64,000 bases of DNA. It comes from Mobula hypostoma. Taxonomy: Eukaryota. Every line of letters begins with the position of its first letter. Positions within the stretch are counted from its first letter, which is position 1. The translations under genes were made by a program, and so were the position numbers. Shown here one piece after another: positions 59,082 through 64,000 of the stretch. Where the stretch lies: NCBI RefSeq assembly GCF_963921235.1, contig NC_086097.1, forward strand, positions 239,694,001 through 239,758,000. The letters run 5' to 3'. A model generated the notes under the pieces. The model had not been told where the DNA came from and did no database searches. It saw nothing but the letters and a program-made list of their open reading frames with translations.

Positions 59082-60589
59082 GATACCCCTTTTAATGAAA
59101 GCTACCTCGTTATTTTTGCTCTCGTTTTGCACTACTTAACTATCTCTTATATATATTTCTCATTGTAATTTATAATACTTTTACGTATTGCACTATTGTA
59201 CTGCCGCAAAACAACAAATTTCACATCTATGTCAGTGATCTGAAACCTGATTATGATTCTGGACTGGATAAGTACCCTGAAGTTTACTGGAATTGTGCTG
59301 GGTGAAATTTATGGCCAGCCAAGAGAGATTGAGCTTCCAGTTACTGTCTGGCCCCATCTCTTCCCCATTAAAGCATCAAGTTGTATTGTTTTGGAAGAGA
59401 ATTGCACAGGGTTTTGAATTTATAGTATGAGGTTTGTCACTAAATTGGAGCTAACACTAATGGAAATGAGAGATTTTTAACACCAGGACCCCAGATAAGT
59501 CATCCCTAACATTTCTGAATGCTTAACTGAGGGAGGACTAACAGTCTAATGCTGGGATAGATGCAGAGGAGAATTACCTACTGCGTTAGCAGTCTTCACC
59601 ATTTAAGTTTCCACCAGCTCTTTTGAGAGGTGTTCAAATGTCATCCGTGGACTTGAGGATGTACTGCCCTGTCAGAATTTGTCAAAGTCAAAGTCAAAGT
59701 AAAATGTATTATTAAAGTGCAGGCATGTAACATTATACTACTTTTAGATTAATTTCCCTGCAGGTATTTACAGGAATTTACAATCTGTAGATTGTCGAGT
59801 CAGTTCAGAGTTGTAGTTAGTGTAGTTTTCCACACTGGTTCAGGAACCTTATGATTGTTGGGTAATACCTGTTCCTGGACTTGGTGGTGTGGAACATAAA
59901 GCTTCTATACCTACTCCCCAATAGTAATAAGACAGAGCATGATCTGAATGGTGGGGGTGTTTGATAATAGATGCTGCTTTCTTGTGGCAGCGCTCCTCGT
60001 CATTGTGCTCATTGGTGGGGAGGACTTTGCTTGTGATGAGCTGGGCTGTTTCCCCCAGTTTCTGTAGACTCTGGGCATTAGTGTTTCCATACCAGACCAT
60101 GATACATCCAGTTAGGATACACTCCACTGTGCATAGATGGAAGTTTTTGGTGACATGACTAATCTATGCAAACTTCTAAAACAAAAAGCAGAGACACTGT
60201 CATGGTTTCTTTACGGTGGGACTTAAGTGCTAGTCCCAGAGCTAATCCTCTGATATGGCAATGCCAAGGAAAGAGAGCTACTCACTCTCCACCTCCAATC
60301 CCGTAATGAAGACTAGCACATGCACCTCCGGTTCCTTCCTCCTGTACTCCCACTTTATAGGTAATCCATGCAAGTATGGTCAAGAAGCTTCTGTATCTAA
60401 GTGACATCAACATGGTTCTTGTTCTAGCAGATAGAGTGCATTATACAGACTGCAACAGTGGAGGCACGTAGATTCTGGAGAGTTGTACAGAAGATAAGTG
60501 GAGTTTCTTTAATCGGAGGTTCTGGGTCTGTAGAATCCAGCTTTATTTGATGGTAGAGACTAAAACTACTTTGGCTTTCCAGACCAACA

Positions 60590-61645
60590 AGTTGGTCCAT
60601 GGCCTCCTCTATTGCCACTCTGAGGTTGGAGGAACAACACCTCAAAACCCATCTGGGTAACTTCCAAAATGATGGAATGAATATCAATTTTTCTAACCTC
60701 CAGTAATTTCACAACTTCCCCCTCTTCTTCTCTCTTATTCCGCTCCCTACTCTGACTTCCTCTTACTTTTTCTGTTTACCTCACCTGCCTACCACCTCCC
60801 TCTGGTGCCCTTCCTCCTTCTCTTTCTCCAATGGTCCACTTTCCTCTCCCACCAGATTCTTTCTACTTCTGCTCTTTTCCACTTATCACCTCCTAGCTTC
60901 TCACTTCATTATCCCCTCCCCACCCACCCACCCACCTTCTGTTACACCTTGCTTTATCTATCACCCTCAAGTTTGTACTCCTTTCCATCTGAACTTGATT
61001 TCTGGGATGGCAGGACTTTCATATGATGAAAGACTGGATCGACTAGGCTTATACTCGTTGGAATTTAGAAGATTGAGGGGGGATCTTATTGAAACGTATA
61101 AAATCCTAAAGGGATTGGACAGGCTAGATGCAGGAAGATTATTCCCGATGTTGGGGAAGTCCAGAACGAGGGGTCACAGTTTGAGGACAAAGGGGAAGCC
61201 TTTTAGGACCGAGATTAGGAAAAACTTCTTCACACAGAGAGTGGTGAATCTGTGGAACTCTCTGCCACAGGAAACAGTTGAGGCCAGTTCATTGGCTATA
61301 TTTAAGAGGGAGTTAGATATGGCCCTTGTGGCTAAAGGGATCAGGGGGTATGGAGGGAAGGATGGTACAGGGTTCTGAGTTGGATGATCAGCCATGATCA
61401 TACTGAATGGCGGTGCAGGCTCGAAGGGCCGAATGGCCTACTCCTGCACCTATTTTCTATGTTTTCTATCTCCCCATCTTCTTATTCTAGCTTCTTTCTC
61501 CTTCCTTTCCAGTCTTGATGAAGGGCCTCGGCCTCAAACATCGACTGTTTATTCCTTCCCATAGATGCTGCCTGACCTGCTGAGCTCTTCCAGTATCTTC
61601 TGTGTGTTTCTCTGAATTTCCAGCATTTACAGATTCTTCTGTTTA
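60590..61645 (+). mobile_element. Old Penelope 3' portion (GIY-YIG end, UTR, decayed hammerhead at 61510-61547, tail)
   Basis: Homologous to 27100-27656 and split by the CR1 at 60995-61467. Confidence 0.72.
60995..61467 (+). mobile_element. Young CR1 3' fragment
   Basis: ORF 60995-61378. Confidence 0.9.
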
Positions 61646-62180
61646 GCCATCAAGATGAGTATTTTAAGGCTTGAATGATCATATTGAATCATTACAACAT
61701 AATGGTTGTTCTCATTTTAGTTTATTCTTCGTAAAGATTCAAAATATACAAACAAAATATAAGACTATAAGACATAGAAACAGAATAGGCCATTCAAGTC
61801 TGCTCCACTATTCACCGCCCCATTCTCCCGCCTTCTCTCTGCAATCTTTGACACCCTGAATGTACTACAGAATGCAACATAACCCAATTTACTGATCGAT
61901 ATGCACTGGTGCCCTCCAGCATAAAAAATACATTATTTGGGCAAGAGGTTGTGTGATCATAATTTTTGAAAAAATTATGGCCATGCATCTGCAAATGTCA
62001 AAATGATGATTCTCTTCCTCAGCACCTTGCACGCTATCATAAGGAGACAACATCAAACTGGAAGTTTCACTCTTACTGGCATCCATCCAAAATACTAAAA
62101 GGAAATTGACAGATTCAGAGCAATGCATTCCTGAGCCCAGAAAATGTCTTTTCTATCTGTATCCATGACTCACAGATGTG

Positions 62181-62762
62181 ACCTGGAGTACACCTGGAGT
62201 ATTGTGTGCAGTTTTGGTCCCCTAATCTGAGGAAAGACATCTTTGCCATAGAGGGAGTACAAAGAAGGTTCACCAGATTGATTCTTGGGATGGCAGGTCT
62301 TTCATATGAAGAAAGACTGGATGAACTGGGCTTGTACTCGTTGGAATTTAGAAGATTGAGGGGGGATCTGATTGAAACGTATAAGATCCTAAAGGGATTG
62401 GACAGGCTAGATGCGGGAAGATTGTTCCCGATGTTGGGGAGGTCCAGAACGAGGGGTCACAGTTTGAGGATAGAGGGGAAGCCTTTTAGGACCGAGATTA
62501 GGAAAAACTTCTTCACACAGAGAGTGGTGAATCTGTGGAATTCTCTGCCACAGCAAACTGTTGAGGCCAGTTCATTAGCTATGTTTAAAAGGAAGTTAGA
62601 TATGGCCCTTGTGGCTACAGGGGTCAGGGGGTATGGAGGGAAGGCAGGGTTCTGAGTTGGATGATCAGCCATGATCATAATAAATGGCGGTGCAGGCTCG
62701 AAGGGCCGAATGGCCTACTCCTGCACCTATTTTCTATGTTTCTATGTTTCTATGTTTCTATG
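62181..62762 (+). mobile_element. Young CR1 3' fragment
   Basis: ORF 62206-62655 and (TTTCTATG)4 tail. Confidence 0.92.
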
Positions 62763-62789
62763 TGAGAAACTTTAATGAATTCCTTTGCT

Positions 62790-63515
62790 GCTCGAGCTCA
62801 ACGCACTTCTCGTGCTTCAAGTAACCAGGTGACCGCGCAAGCGTGTGAAGGTCGGCCTGTGAGAACAGCGGGAGAGATTAAAAAGGGAGCAGATAGAGAA
62901 GGGGAAGGTAATTTCTTCGGCAGTTTGAACGGGGCATGACTGCGCAAGCGCATGAAGGCGGGCCTGTGAGAAAAGCGGGAGAGTTTAAAAAGCGAGCGGA
63001 TTAACGGAGTGGGTGAAGGAGTAATGGGAGACAGAGTAGGAAGGATTTGACTCGAGAGGCTTCAGCGAGCAGGGGCTGAGGACGTGCCTGCTCCCAGTGA
63101 GGTAAGGCTGGGTAAACTCCTTTAATTAATCTAATTAACTTAGAAGCAAGTAATGGAGGCTGCAGTTAGGGCAGTCGAGTGTTCCGTTTGCAGTATGTGG
63201 GAAGTCAGGACGAGTACAATTGTCCCTGATGACTACATCTGTAAAAGGTGCATCCAGCTGCAGCTCCTGACAAACCGAGTTAGGGAACTGGAGCTGGAGC
63301 TGGATGAACTTTGGATCTTTAGGGGAGGCAGAGGCAGAAATAAACAGTAGTTACAGGGAAATAGTCACCCCTAAGAGTCAGGAGACAGGTAGCTGGGTGA
63401 CTGTCAGGAGAGGGAAGGGGAATAGACAGAATGAGCAGAGCAGCCCTGTGGCAGTTTCCATCAATACAGTAATAAGTATATCATTTTGGGTACTGTTGAT
63501 GGGGACGACCTACTT
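62790..63515 (+). mobile_element. CR1 5' UTR and ORF1 start, 3'-truncated
   Basis: Two monomers about 107 bp apart, then ORF 63153 MEAAVRAVECSVCSMWEV..CKRCIQLQLL..ELELELDEL. Confidence 0.82.
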
Positions 63516-63582
63516 GAATCCATGGAAAAAATATCTAATTCCATCCTTCCTTCAACCGTATCAAGTTTTTCCAGTATATAGC

Positions 63583-63811
63583 TGAAGCACCTTCAATAAC
63601 TCCAAAAGACTGAGATTAGGTAAAATACCAAAAGGCTTTTATTCGCTGTACAATACGACCTCCACGGTGAGTGTCTGCCCCTGGACTGAGGGGAAGGGGC
63701 AAGGTGAACACCTTTATACATGGATCTGTGGGAGGAGCCACAGAGGCAGTCAGCAGAGGGGTGTGTCCAGACAGGTAACCGAGTTACAACATATATGCAT
63801 GGTTTACCACA
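63583..63811 (-). mobile_element. Short solo LTR (229 bp)
   Basis: TG...CA termini and 5-bp TSD ATAGC (63578-63582 / 63812-63816). Minus-strand TATAAA near 63715 and AATAAA near 63640. Confidence 0.8.
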
Positions 63812-64000
63812 ATAGCTTAGTTTAATTTGTATGTTGTTATTCAACTGTTACAGGTTGCACCCAATGCATTGCAATTTTGAGCAACTTTTGCAGGAAGGAT
63901 TAGCCCATTAGTAAAATTAAACTAAGTTTTGAAGGCATTATTAAACACAAGAATGGGACCAGTAAATTGCCTCAGAGCTTCATTAATTTTCCATCACAGG

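Overview
Eukaryotic, gene-poor DNA that is mostly transposon-derived. The repeat mix (CR1 LINEs with (CATAGAAA)n-type tails, V-SINE-like SINEs, Rex/Babar, Penelope-like elements) suggests a cartilaginous fish, probably a ray; this is an inference. No host gene is recognisable, only two weak + strand exon candidates. The long ORFs are all retroelement or transposase remnants: CR1 ORF1 (Zn-finger/coiled-coil/SGNH esterase) and ORF2 (APE+RT), a Rex1-like RT, a Neptune-type Penelope RT/GIY-YIG, a hAT (Charlie-type) and Tc1 transposase fragments. Four solo LTRs have target-site duplications (TSDs). The most notable signal is a family of Penelope-derived insertions carrying a minimal hammerhead ribozyme. 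They form a size series (37 bp to 2.5 kb), most copies being fold-back palindromes with element 3' ends at both termini. They share 11-14 bp TSDs, a ~30-45 nt tail on one arm only, and internal breakpoints that cluster at the ribozyme. Boundaries without a TSD are approximate.
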